Shown here: piece by piece, positions 1 to 12,362 of the stretch
Numbering within the stretch: the stretch's first letter is position 1
Layout of the letters: every line of letters starts with the position of its first letter
Source of the DNA: Octopus vulgaris
Taxonomy: Eukaryota
Length of the DNA: 64,000 nucleotides
NCBI GenBank assembly: GCA_951406725.2
Contig: OX597815.1
Coordinates: forward strand, 111,786,001-111,850,000
Direction of reading: 5' to 3'
Position numbers and translations under genes: made by a program
Notes under the pieces: model-generated
What the model saw: the letters and a program-made list of their open reading frames with translations, nothing else
Told to the model about the DNA's origin: nothing
The model's database searches: none

Positions 1-569
1 AGGTGTCATTTTATAAATAACACAAATTCAAAATTTTAATTTTGACTTTACATGTTATCTGGTGTGTGGTGGAATTCAAACGAGTAGAAGGCCTAAAACA
101 AATGTGTTTGTGTATTTGTGGTTGGACCTTTAGTAGCCAGGGGTCAACTTCAGTTTAATCGTAGAAAGGAATTCAAATACCTATGAGCTACCCCATATCT
201 CTCTCTCTCTCTCTCTCTCTTTCTCTCCCCGTTGTTCGACACACGCGTCAACTTTATCTTAATTTTCTCATTAAGATCGTTGCTGCTTCGATGGCCCAGT
301 AGGCATGGGTATTGATATGTTATAAGACACCACATAGATTGTGGCTTCAAATGTCTTCCAGAAATCACAATAGATCTAGTTAAAAATATTCATTTTAAGT
401 AACAACATTTTTTCAGTAATTTCTTTCTCTTAAGAGTGACACAATCGTCATGTTCGTACAAAAAAAAAAAAAAAACTGGCGTATTGATATTATTGCTGAC
501 TAATCCTTTCTGTATTAACTTCATTCATTTCGTGTTCATTCATTTCTATATATAGACATGTGTGTCAAT

Positions 570-668
570 TCAGTTTTATTTCAAGATTTCTTGCCAATAA
601 AGTTTCTAATCTAAATCCAAGGCTCCTTCAATGAAATATCAACAACATAAACATAGTATTTTTGTATG

Positions 669-747
<79 letters not shown>

Positions 748-2720
748 CTGCAGATTTATATTATTCGTCTTATGAATGTATTGTCATGCATATAGTTGCA
801 TGTTTAGACATGCTCATATATACTTAAAGGATAAGCTTCTGGAAAGTTTTACAAATTTTAACGGTCCCAGTGATGGCTTACATCTGTAGACTTCAAGTCA
901 CCTTTCTCCTTTTCTGGCTTTGAGAAGCTTAATTTCTTAAGATTGGTATTTGGGCAGTGTGCTATAAATCTCAGTGCCCCAATAATTAGAGATATAAACC
1001 TGAATTTGTAGTTCGGTTAGAGTAGTTGTAGATTCTTCAATAATTCAGTGTAGATATTTTCTTTTTCACTGATCTTTGTCAGCATCCACTTTGCAGCTAA
1101 TTTCCACAACTGTACACGGTTTCTCTTCTCAATCCCAAATCACTAAATCAGGTCTATTATGCTTACATTCTATTAAGATTTTCTCTAGGTTATTCCACCA
1201 GTACTCATTTTTATGGCTTCTATCATACTGGAGGTTCTTATTTCTTTGTCCTAGGATTTATCCATCGGACGGGTCTCATTATACAGTGTCCTAGCGAAAA
1301 CATCATGTCTTATCGGCGGATAATACCGTAAAGACAGATTCGGACAACTGCTTGTGATGTGGACCATGTCTTCAGTGTTAACTCCATGAAGTCTGCAACG
1401 GTTGTCATATTTTGCTGTTTTTTCTGTGCCTCTGTCCCTTTTCTGCATAATTCATTTGATTGATATTTCTCGTTCCTGGACTGAAAACGCTTACCTTTCA
1501 AAGTGGGAGTTAGTAATCCGGTCGTTGTTCATTTTCTTCACGTGCATATAATTTGCAAAACGTTTCACATCATCCAGGATGAAACACTTCGTAATTTTGG
1601 TATTTCTGTTTCCTTGTGAACCAGTGACATATCCTTCACATTTCCTTAACATGAACTTAACATGAATGACAAGGGATTTACAGACAGTATAAAGGACATT
1701 GCAGAGAGGTGGTCCCCTTGGAATATACCTCTGCGATACTGTGTTCTATCAGTGATAATACAATCAAACACTCCTTGTATTATACTTCAATATGGTGGCA
1801 CACGAGGAAATCAGGCCAGCTATTGCTTTGACTATGCTCACTGGAACTTAAGCAAGTAGAAGGGCTTCTAGTATCTATGAGCTGGATATAGAGTCAAAGG
1901 ATTTCTTGTAGTCCAGCCACATTGAAATGAGGTTCCTCCTATGTTCCTGCATCCCTGATATTACAGTTTCGTTTATTAACACTTGCCCAGCATATATCCA
2001 GGCTCCCTCCTTCCCAGCTGCTTGTTCTGCTGTGAAGATGTTATTACTTTCACCATGGTCTTGGAGGAAGAGATTGACAAGATATGATCGGTAAATGGTT
2101 AGCTACTTGTACCAATATCCAGCAATGAAGTCTCTTCCAGGTGCTTTTCCATTCTGAAATTTTGGGGATCACAGTTACAGGTTTTATCACCCTCAATGCT
2201 GTATGTATGGATGTAATGCAGGAGCAATAACGTTTTCGAAATTCTTTCAGTCACAGATCATCTTCATCAAACTCCGCTTCGCTCGAGATTTTCTACCAGA
2301 AGCAGCCTATGTCTTCTCAGGAAGGGGCTTCTGTGATGTTCACTACTCCTCTCGAGAAGTCTCTACACACTGCTGCCTGATTCCGGTAAATTTGTTTTTG
2401 CTTATTTTTGCTACTCGTTTGTTTTCTTCTGATGTCGGAGGTTCTCAATGACAGCTTTTTGCTCCTGCTTGAGGATGATCACTATGCAGGTGAATGTCCT
2501 CATTTTACTATCCCTAAACATCACTTTTATCTCCTTCTTCACTTTTTGTTGGTGAGACGTATTGTGATTTGCTTGTTTGCTCGCAATAAGCATTATCACA
2601 TGGCTGATAGTCTTCCGTAAATCAGCTATATTTTTCTCCGTCTTAAAAACCCATGATGGCACTTTCTTCTTTGTTCAAGTTTTTGAATGTCGTTCTTATA
2701 CTGCATTGCTGTTAGTAGAC
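570..2720 (-). mobile_element. Decayed non-LTR retrotransposon with RT, CCHC knuckle and restriction-like endonuclease (R4/Dong-like clade)
   Basis: Minus-strand translation by eye across frameshifts and stops gives: HRRNLISMWLDYKKSFDSI (~1870-1945, RT motif A), GIFQGDHLS..FILSVNPLSF (~1660-1730, motif B), FILDDVK (~1560-1585, motif C), CRLHGVNTEDMVHITSSC..IRHD (ORF 1251-1448, degenerate zinc knuckle + RHD), EYWWN..CKHNRPDLVIWD..CTVVEISC (~1090-1205, REL nuclease). The putative 3' UTR spans a (TA)n tract, and its 575-660 part recurs at 26670-26770. Confidence 0.85.
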
Positions 2721-3944
2721 AGCAAAAAAAAGTTATAATATAGACAGGTCATATACACCGGGCATATAGATACATTCTGTTAGAATGAGAGTTCATTACA
2801 CTGTTGGAAATAATCCTGTCCATTTCCATTAACAGCGTTTAATACTTTGTCTGGTAGTTATTTAATTATTCATGTTAGGTATGCAGGTATGTCTGCTTTG
2901 TTCGGAGGGATACTTATAAACACATCTTTGACATGCACATAATGATGTATAAAATTGGACGATAGTAACACATGTTGCAATCCCCAACTGCCATCTCTCC
3001 GAGAAAATGTTAATGTTGTGTCATAAAGCAGCTCAGCTGGTGCACAGATTGGGGTGGATTTTATTGACATTCAGATCACTGATATTATGATGGATAGATA
3101 TTTTAACCACCTGTGTTAATAAATGTAAACAATGATACGATGTATAAATCTGGCGGGAGAAAGGTTGTATTATTGAATTTACTGCAGGATGAGCTGAATT
3201 TTGTTAATACTCAGTAATTGGGTTAACTCATTGAAACAAAACTAGATACAAATTGCCAGCCTCTAAGGGTTTGTATTTAATGGGAAGAAACCACCGTTCA
3301 TAACCTGTAGAAATACTGCAAATTTATACTTTGTGCAATAAGACAAAGATTCTAGACAGAAGCCTTAAGAAAATGACGTATTAGTTTTCATTCGAATCTT
3401 GGTCAATAGCCATTTTCTTTCAAAGCTCTAGAAACGTTAGAGTGCCGAGAATTCAAAAGGCCGTGGATAAAGGCATTAAACAAGCAATTAGTGAAGCCAC
3501 TGATATAACGAGTATAAGCTGCAGACTGAGATACAAAATCAGAGTGCCTAATTTCCTTTGATAAATATTTATCTCATTTGGAAACATTACCAAAAGTTAA
3601 TAGTTTGTGTTGCTTCGACCATTTTGAAATGCTTCAAGACAAGTAAAGCTCAAAAATTGCCAAGAAGCCTGAATAATGTATTGTATAACATCATCCACAT
3701 TTACAACAAAATCATCCACCAAAAGAATAACGGGATCCACCATGTACCAGTATGTTATGTAGCCTTGAATAATTTCTTTTTAATGAAAGCATAATTTTTC
3801 CCTCACTGAAATTTATACTACTTGAACAAGGTTGCGAAAAGACCGCAAGGATGACACGTTGCTAAATAAATTTATATTCATCTCCCATACACACTACTTT
3901 GAGATTATATATACATATACATATGTATGTTAATGCATATATAT

Positions 3945-3989
<45 letters not shown>

Positions 3990-4019
3990 CACACAAATAT
4001 ATACATATACACAAGGGTA

Positions 4020-4585
4020 TATAATAAGAGTAAACAATAGCTTTAATGGTTTTTAAAAAAACAAAATGTATTTACTGGTAGATTTCGGCATGTAAAATAT
4101 TACCATTAACGGAAGGAATTTCTATAAAAGTTCAATATATATTTTGTATATATACGACAACCTTACGACAACCCATAGTTTCTATCTCTAAGGAACTATT
4201 TTTGTAATACGCATGGTAAAATTTGGAGGGAAAATTTACGGATTCAATCGTCTATATAGGTTTGGCCTATTCTTGCTTTCTTCCCCTATTTCGATGTCGC
4301 CTGATCGAGAAGTGGAGGTACATAGCATTTGATAAATCTATTTTAGTGGATGTTTACGCTGACGAAGGACATGGAATTGATAGTTTATTATATTCCTTAT
4401 CCAGAAACGCGTTCATAAATAACTGTTAGACTTTGTTTTCGTTATTTCTTCCTTCTGTTTTACATATGTGAATTACAGGGATATGTCGTATGTGGAATCT
4501 TATTTGTAGAAAATAGAAATAAACAGTCTTTGACTGTTTCTAATTTTTTCGGTATGTGGCTAAGCAACCTGTTGCCAGTCTTTTA
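4020..4585 (+). mobile_element. PLE pseudo-LTR-like repeat carrying a hammerhead motif
   Basis: 4020-4150 matches 63570-63700 directly and 4520-4585 matches 63700-63765 inverted. Contains an HHR motif at 4351-4421 and is bounded by TA-rich microsatellite. Confidence 0.55.
4351..4421 (+). ncRNA. Minimal type-I hammerhead ribozyme motif (slightly degenerate)
   Basis: tgtttacg-CTGACGA-a-gga.ggaat[loop]attcc.tcc-a-GAAA-CGCG-TT-cataaata. Stem I has one mismatch; the stem III loop CGCG is palindromic. Confidence 0.55.
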
Positions 4586-4624
4586 TATATATATATATAT
4601 ACATAATACATAATATATACATTC

Positions 4625-4683
<59 letters not shown>

Positions 4684-4833
4684 CAGTAAAAGCAATTAAG
4701 ATTCAAGTGAGTTCTGTTGAATTCACATGAATGCGGTACTTAACTTAAATGCACTAGAAATCTATATAGTATTAACCATAAGGTTATTCGGGGTGATTAT
4801 AAACAAGAAAAAAGCAACAAAAATGGATCAATA

Positions 4834-4923
4834 TTTCGGTACAATTGTTTCGTACGAAGACCACCTTTATTAAGGCTGCAAATATTGCAGCAAATACAAG
4901 TGACCCGTACTCATCAGCCGAAA
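4834..4923 (-). ncRNA. Type-I hammerhead ribozyme motif
   Basis: Reverse complement reads tttcgg-CTGATGA-GTACG[long extended stem II]CGTAC-GAAA-CAATTG-TA-ccgaaa: perfect core, 6-bp stem I, GUA cleavage triplet, palindromic CAATTG. Confidence 0.85.
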
Positions 4924-5724
4924 AAACATCTGAGTTGTCAAAACATCTAAGTGGGTGAGACTACACTCCTGAAACATTATGGATAGTTCTATAAAAATCA
5001 GATTTAGATAATAAACGGACTTCCAAAGTTCTTTAATCTTGCACAGTCATATAACAGGTTTTAAAAAAGTATTTTAAAAAACCTCTTAGTTTCACAGAAA
5101 ATGAAAATGTAAATCCATCCATAATGAAGTAGGTTTGAATTCTGGAGTTATGAGGAGAGATTTCATACTCACAGACGATGTATTTATCCATAATTAGTCC
5201 ATAATAAAGTGGGTTTCCTGATGTAAAACGATATACTAGTTGCATTTCTGATCATTTCTCAAAACTGCTATGTTAGAATTAGTTGAAGGAAAGTTAGTGG
5301 AGCGTAGAGACGATCACTCACATAGGGTATAATGGGGTAACTGAGAGTAGAAGAGGTTGTAAATATCCAACTACGCAGAATAGTTTATTTCAGTGGAGAC
5401 AAACTGACTGGGTCAGAATTTGCAAGAATCTAAGTGTTTTAAAGAGCAATGCTATTATTGACCAGTATACCGTTGTTGATTGCTATATAAAGAGGACACG
5501 GGAAGGTAAAGGCGGGACAAAGGTTGTCACTATAGGAAAAAACATTAACAAATTTCAGTGCAACACTAGAAAGGAGGTCATTTAATTTATTTCTTTATTT
5601 ATTAATGTTACTAATTTATTAATGGAAGTCCGTTTATTATGTAAATCTGATTTTTATAGAACTATCCCTGATGTTTCAGGAGTGTAGCCTCACCCCTTTA
5701 GATGTTTTGAGAACTCAGATGTTT

Positions 5725-5814
5725 TTTCGGCTGATGAGTACGGGTCACTTGTATTTGCTGCAATATTTGCAGCCTTAATAAAGGTGGTCTTCGTACGAAA
5801 CAATTGTATCGAAA
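5725..5814 (+). ncRNA. Type-I hammerhead ribozyme motif (inverted partner of 4834-4923)
   Basis: tttcgg-CTGATGA-GTACGggtcac...gtggtcttCGTAC-GAAA-CAATTG-TA-tcgaaa. Confidence 0.85.
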
Positions 5815-5842
5815 TATTCATCCATTTTTGTTGCTTTTTTCT

Positions 5843-5901
<59 letters not shown>

Positions 5902-6190
5902 AGTAATAATAATAATAATCTCTCGGACAATTTGGTAGATGAAAACTCTGGAAGTTTATTGCATGCATGTGTCTATCTATGTAGCTTTCTTTGATGTGTA
6001 TTTGAATACATTTAAGTATTGGTGAGAAAATCAATTGTTTCTATGTTTATCCTACATTAAAATTGCTTTTGCTAGTTGGTTTCATTAGCCTTTAGACGAC
6101 AAAATAAGATAGGAGCTTTTATATGCAAGCACAAAAATATCCCCGCGAATAAACTTAAATGATATATATGTATATATATATTTATATATA

Positions 6191-6312
<122 letters not shown>

Positions 6313-6334
6313 CATACATATATATATATATATA

Positions 6335-6593
6335 TAGTGGTTGTATACTGTCAACTCAACGTGACAGTCCCGTAAAGGGAATCACACCACTGCTATTTAG
6401 CCCTAGGAAGCATTGACGCTTCCTGTCGGCTTTGACACATTTCCTGTGTCCTTATATTTGCAAAGGGAAAGCAAGCACTCCCGCCAGCTAGGATTAGCAC
6501 CTGAAGACATGCATATTTCTGAGTCTTGCTCGTCATCAGTCCAGGGTAGTAAGTCCTGCTAGCTGTGATGGCTGCAACCGCTTTGCAAATATA
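6335..6593 (-). mobile_element. Short repeat element with an internal hairpin and hammerhead motif
   Basis: Starts directly after (TA)n. The inverted 13-mer tatatttgcaaag (6453-6465) / ctttgcaaatata (6581-6593) encloses an HHR motif. Confidence 0.45.
6500..6545 (-). ncRNA. Minimal hammerhead ribozyme motif
   Basis: Reverse complement reads cctgga-CTGATGA-c-GAG-caaga-CTC-a-GAAA-T-ATGCAT-G-TC-ttcagg: 6-bp stem I, GUC triplet, palindromic ATGCAT. The closing pair of stem II is mismatched. Confidence 0.65.
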
Positions 6594-9085
6594 TAATATT
6601 TTCAGTGAAATTTATTTATTGTTTTCGTATTTTCATTCTTCGTAATTAGGTCTTACATTTTTGGTAGCGAAGTCGTCGCGTGAACAGTTTAATATGTTGT
6701 GAATTTAGACAACAAATGAAGTAAACGCAGTCACCATTTTCAGTGTAGCTTTTACTTATATTTTCTTCTATTGTAGTTCTCAATGTCAGACGGGTTATTA
6801 GATTTTGTGTGCTGATACTAAACCTACTAGAGCTTGATACAATATTTTACCATGTGAACGTAAACGAGTCGAAAGACTACCTATACGTCAAAATCCTGAA
6901 ATAAGTCGCTGATTAGGTTGAATTTGTCAGCAAAATAAGATAGATAAGAGAAACTCATACGAGGTAAAAGCAACATCGATCATATAAATCGGGGATACCT
7001 GTACTCTGGGTTAAATATACTTGCGATTAAATAATTGTCGATCCAGAAGTTTCTAAAATTCCTTTAGTGGGAAAATCTTGAAGGTTTCCTTTGTAGTTTC
7101 CCTCTTAGCTATTAGACCGTGATACTATACTAATATCCTCAGATTTATGGTCCGAATCGCAGCTGATTACATTTTATATACCAGTCTCCCTGTCTCAAAT
7201 TCCCTTATTGCGTCTGTTGTCTTTGTTTCAGTTTCGTTTCGGTTAAATGTTTTGTCTCCGTGTTCGAAACCCCATTCCATAAATATTCGTCGGTTTCAAA
7301 AGAAAACTCCCTTATTTTAAACCACTTGGTCTAAACCGTTTCGTGTTTCTAAGCAGATTTGTAAAATAAATGGAATCGTCGAATAAATGCTTCTTTTTGT
7401 TTCGTTTAGTGTTTTCTTTTCTTGATATGATAAAGTTTTTAGGCGTACATTGTTTCGTGTTCAAGAAATTGAATCGATAAATAGAAAGCAGTAGTCATGG
7501 AATCAATAGTCAAATATAATATATAACGATAACCAACGCATACTGCAACCTTCTCCTGGCGCCATATATTGAAGCGGGTAAAAATGTCGAAATAGCAAGC
7601 GCAAGTTTAATTTAAGAAATATAACACTTAGGTTATGAATATAAATTATGGAGCTGGAAATGTTACTGAGAAGAACATAAAAGTATGAATAGAAGAAAAG
7701 TGATTGTAACAACATTAGGGAGAAAAAGAAAATAAGAAAAATATTTCGAATAGAAAATTCATTACAAGAAATAATACTATATACACAAATAATGACGTCA
7801 ATATGAATCATCTGTCGAAATGATGCTGCAACTAGTTAAATTGAAATGTAAACACTTAAAGTATACAAACCAAAAAAGTCATTTAAGTAGGAATCCAGTT
7901 GTTGCACTCTCAAGAGAGAGAAGTCATATATAAGAAAATAAAAGAAAACAGTATTAAACTTTAGTAACATAGTTAGATTTCATCTTCAAATAAAAGAAAT
8001 GTATAACTTTACAAAATTTCAAATATCAGTTTGTGAGTATTAAGAATTAAAGGAGGTCGCAAAGGAAAGAACAAGGTCATGTTGCAAAATATTTTCTTTT
8101 ATGTTTATTTTCTGTGTTCAGAAAAATCGATTCTTTAGTTCGACATTATTGCGTCAATATACTAAGAAGGTAATAAGAAGATAAAGAAGAGCCATGATAA
8201 TTATACAAGGTAGTAGAGATCTTATATAACTAAGAAAGAATTCATAAGAAACTATCCACCGTAAGACTTCAAAAATATCTAGTACTGTAAAAATAATTAA
8301 TAGCAATTCCACGTTATGTTGGAAATCAAAACTATTTAGTAGAGTATCAGTGAAAATTAATACAAATATCTACGAAGCCTGAAAGAGACAAGAATCAGTT
8401 TTCTGTCATCAGAAAAGACAACAGTTACAAAATCGATGCTAAACAGATAACTATGACGAAGATGCCGTCACTGAGACAGAGATTTTGAAACAGAAAAAAA
8501 ACTATTCCAAAAATTGGGTCTACAGGTTGCCACGATAAAGAAATAGCAAGAGAAGCCTTGATATTTTGCGGGAAAAGCTGAACAGTGATTAATAGACAAA
8601 GAAAAAGCCCAGTACAGTACTAGAAAGCGCAGAGCACTAACCAGAGATTCATTTTTCATTATTTGCAGCACAGATCCACAGCCTTCTCGCTAGAAACATA
8701 CCAACTCATTTACTGAAACAGAATATAGTAGGCAATTTTGTAGAAACATTAAGGAAACAATTAACTACACAGGCGGCCTAGTCTTAATCAGAAAAAATAC
8801 ATCCACAAATATGACAATGTTGTTATTTACATACACTTCAAGATATTTTGCCGCTATTAAATGCCGACAGAAAAGAAATAGTACAGAGATGCACGAAATA
8901 GAGGTCTCCGACAATAGTAAAGCAATAATAGTCTCGGATATAGCAACAGGCCTAGGCAAGTAGATCAAATCTTATATATCAGATACTGTTGTCAAGGAAC
9001 ATAAGGAAACGGAATAGCCCTCAAATCGATATAAGATTCCATACAGATGAGAATATATTTCTAGAAGAGAAGATGTTATTTATAA

Positions 9086-9246
9086 CAGCAGGAGTGGCTG
9101 TGTGGTGGGTAGCTTGTTTACCAACCACATAGTATTGGGTTCAGTCCCACTGCGTGGCACCATGGGCAAGTGTCTTCCAGTATAGCCTCGGGCTGACCAA
9201 AGCCTTGTGAGTGGATTTGGTAGACGGAAATTGAAAGCAGCCCGTC

Positions 9247-9250
<4 letters not shown>
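9086..9250 (+). mobile_element. tRNA-derived SINE, 5' half (interrupted; 3' half at 11850-12085)
   Basis: A-box-like tggctgtgtggt and B-box-like gggttcagtccc; colinear with the intact copy at 56746-57157 up to the internal (TA)n. Confidence 0.85.
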
Positions 9251-9294
<44 letters not shown>

Positions 9295-9298
<4 letters not shown>

Positions 9299-11813
9299 AA
9301 TATTAGGGAATAAATCCAAATTTACAGGGAAAAAATCAGATTTAGGATTAAATCCAATTTTATAGTAAAATATTATATAATATTATTAGAGACAGAACCA
9401 CTATTTTGCAAAACAAACAAGGAAAGACTTAATCAATACATAAAATTTTAATAAAAAGTCAAAAAAACCGCCACTACAATTGTTTCTTGTCCTGATCGAC
9501 AATCTTCAGGTGGACTTCCAATCTAAAATATCAATATTTTAAAATATAAAAATAATAATTTTAAAATAATTAAAGTATTAATGAAAAAATATAAATATAT
9601 AATCTATATATAACCTATATATAATCCATATATAATCAATATATAAACAATATATAAACTAAAATAAACCTATCAACAATTAAATATAATACAAAACAAA
9701 AAATAAACTATATATACACCCATACACATATAACTAATTATATATAACCATATCTAAATACATACACTAAATCACACACCTATATATATATCCCTATACA
9801 TACACATAAAAACTTTCTAGGCAACGATAAATAAATAAAATAGCCAAATACTTCAACACAATACTTATTCATACTCCCTCACACACACATACAACCCACA
9901 TTCCCGCTCTAGAAACGAACATCATTTAAAATTATGAATGGAGAAATGGAATAAATGGAATTAAGAATTATATTCACTTAGTAAAACGAACATTACTTAA
10001 AAATTATGAATGAAATAATGTAATAAAATAACAAACATCGTAAATAGACATAAATTACTACGAATTCTTTAATAAAACTACCATGATAAACTAATACTCA
10101 TAAAAACATATAATGATAAAATCTCCCTTTACTAAACTCTATAACATACCTATATAGCAATCCCCCTAACCTAAACATTCACACACAAATACACACACGT
10201 AAACCACACACCCACGACATATACAAATACCCACCTCACTCACACATACCTATACATACATATAAACCTCAATATATACTCCAAAAACCCACTCAACCCC
10301 ACACAGATAAATAAACACATACATCCCCAAACCTTTATAGCAAACCCATAAACACATTCACACACAAATATACATACGTAAAACACACACCATATACATA
10401 TACATACACACTAAACTCGATATATACAACAATATTAACACACCCACACTCATACAGATAAATAAATTATACAACTAAAATACGCACACACTCACACACA
10501 ATCCCATATACATAAACACTCCAAAGAAAAACAACATTATTACACATAATACGATATATAAAATACATCGTAAGTAACCAGAATATCAAAAATAACAATA
10601 TGACATAAGGAGAAATAATATACATACTTTCAAGTCAGTTTCAAATTATGAAGTGAAATTAAATTCTAAGCCGTTAAAAACGTCAAATCAAAATTACGTT
10701 ACCATAGGAACCTAACATATGTATAAAAAGAATACGCGCTATGGAAGCAAACGTCATTTAAAATTATGAATGGAGAAATAGAATAAATGGAATTAAAAAT
10801 TATATTCACGCGGTAAACTAACATTATTTAAAAAAATTCTGAATGGATTCTTTAATAAAACTATCATGATAAATTAAAACTCATAAAAACATAAATGATA
10901 AAACCTCCCTTTACTAAACCCTATAACATACCTATATAGCAATCCCTTTAACCTATACATTCACACACAAATACACACACGTAAACCACACACCCATAAC
11001 AAATACAAATACCCACCTCATTCACACATACCTATAAGTACATATAAGCCTCAACATATACACCAAACAAAATTACGTTACCAAGGAACCTAACATATGT
11101 ATAAAAAGTATTCTCGCTCTGGAAACAAACATCTTTTAAAATTATGAATGGAGAAATGGAATAAATGGAATTAAAAATTATATTCACGTGGTAAAACGAA
11201 CATTACTTAAAAATTATGAATGAAATAATGTAATAAAATAACAAACATCGTAAATAGACAAATTACTACGAATTCTTTAATAAAACTACCATGATAAACT
11301 AAAACTCATAAAAACATATAATGATAAAATCTCCCTTTGCTAAACTCTATAACAAACCTATATAGCAATCCCCCTAACCTAAACATTCACACACAAATAC
11401 ACACACGTAAACCACAGACCCACGACTTATACAAATACCCACCTCACTCACACATACCTATACTAACGTATAAACCTCAATATACACCAAAAACCCACTC
11501 CCACCCCACACAGATAAATTAACACATACATCCCCAAACCTATATAACAAACCCATATACACATTCACACACAAATATACATACGTAAAACACACACACA
11601 CAACATATACTCCCTCACATATACGCATATACATACTCACTAAACTCGATATATACAACAATATTTACACACCCACACTCATACAGATAAATAAATTATA
11701 CAACTAAAATACGCACATACTCACACACATTCTCACATACATAAACACTCCAAAGAAAAACAACATTATTACACATAATACGATATATAAAAAACTTCAT
11801 AATTAACCAGAAT
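9295..11813 (-). mobile_element. Hammerhead-bearing PLE-like element with internal tandem duplications, nested in a SINE
   Basis: HHR at 9471-9513. AC-rich unit repeated at ~9901-10583, ~10690-11068 (partial) and ~11069-11813. Flanked on both sides by the SINE's (TA)n. Confidence 0.7.
9471..9513 (-). ncRNA. Minimal type-I hammerhead ribozyme motif (canonical core)
   Basis: Reverse complement reads ccac-CTGAAGA-TTGTC-gatcag-GACAA-GAAA-CAATTG-TA-gtgg; all three stems pair. Confidence 0.9.
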
Positions 11814-11849
11814 TATATATATATATATATGTATGTATGTATATATGTA

Positions 11850-12085
11850 GGTGTGTGCATATGTTTGTGTGTATATGTTTGTCCTCCCACCGTCGCTTCA
11901 CGACGGATGCTGGCGTGCTAACGTCACCATAACTTAGCAGTTCGGCAAAAAGAGCCTGATCATATAATTACTAACCAGGCTTACAAAGAATAAGTCCTGG
12001 GGTCGATTTGTTCGACTACAGGCGGTGGTCCAGCATGACCGCAGTCAAAATGACTGAAACGAGTAAAAGAATAAAAGAATAAAAG
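11850..12085 (+). mobile_element. tRNA-derived SINE, 3' half
   Basis: gtttgtcc...taacttagcagttcggcaaaa...gtcctggggtcgat...gactgaaac.agtaaaagaataaaag matches 56940-57157. Confidence 0.85.
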
Positions 12086-12187
12086 TATATAAATTTTTTA
12101 AAATATCTATAAAGTGGTATGACAACAATGCTGCTGTCTGAAAGGAAACACTACCTACAAAATTTGAAATATGAAATATGAAAACTG

Positions 12188-12199
12188 AGTAGCAGCAGC

Positions 12200-12255
<56 letters not shown>

Positions 12256-12294
12256 GAGGAGGAGGAGGAGGACTAGCAGCAGCAGTAGTAGTAG

Positions 12295-12362
<68 letters not shown>
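12188..12362. repeat. Compound trinucleotide microsatellite (AGT/AGC/AGG/ATT)n
   Basis: Seen directly. Confidence 0.95.

Larger units (their letters stand above)
4680..5845. mobile_element. Non-autonomous PLE-like element with ~220-bp inverted arms (4803-5025 / 5623-5845), each with a hammerhead
   Basis: The arms are near-exact reverse complements around a ~600-bp spacer. Both ends abut (TA)n, and the left arm extends ~120 bp further out. Confidence 0.75.

Noticed and set aside
2870-3070. 66-aa ORF in non-repetitive-looking DNA
   Set aside because: No recognisable domain or splice context.
7900-9070. A-rich, coding-looking stretch (similar-feeling regions at 32700-33500 and 38550-39150)
   Set aside because: Possibly decayed retroelement ORF1, but I could not identify a diagnostic motif with confidence.
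9901-11813. CRISPR-like or other prokaryotic array interpretation of the repeats
   Set aside because: Long degenerate duplications without constant repeat/unique spacer structure, in a eukaryotic context.
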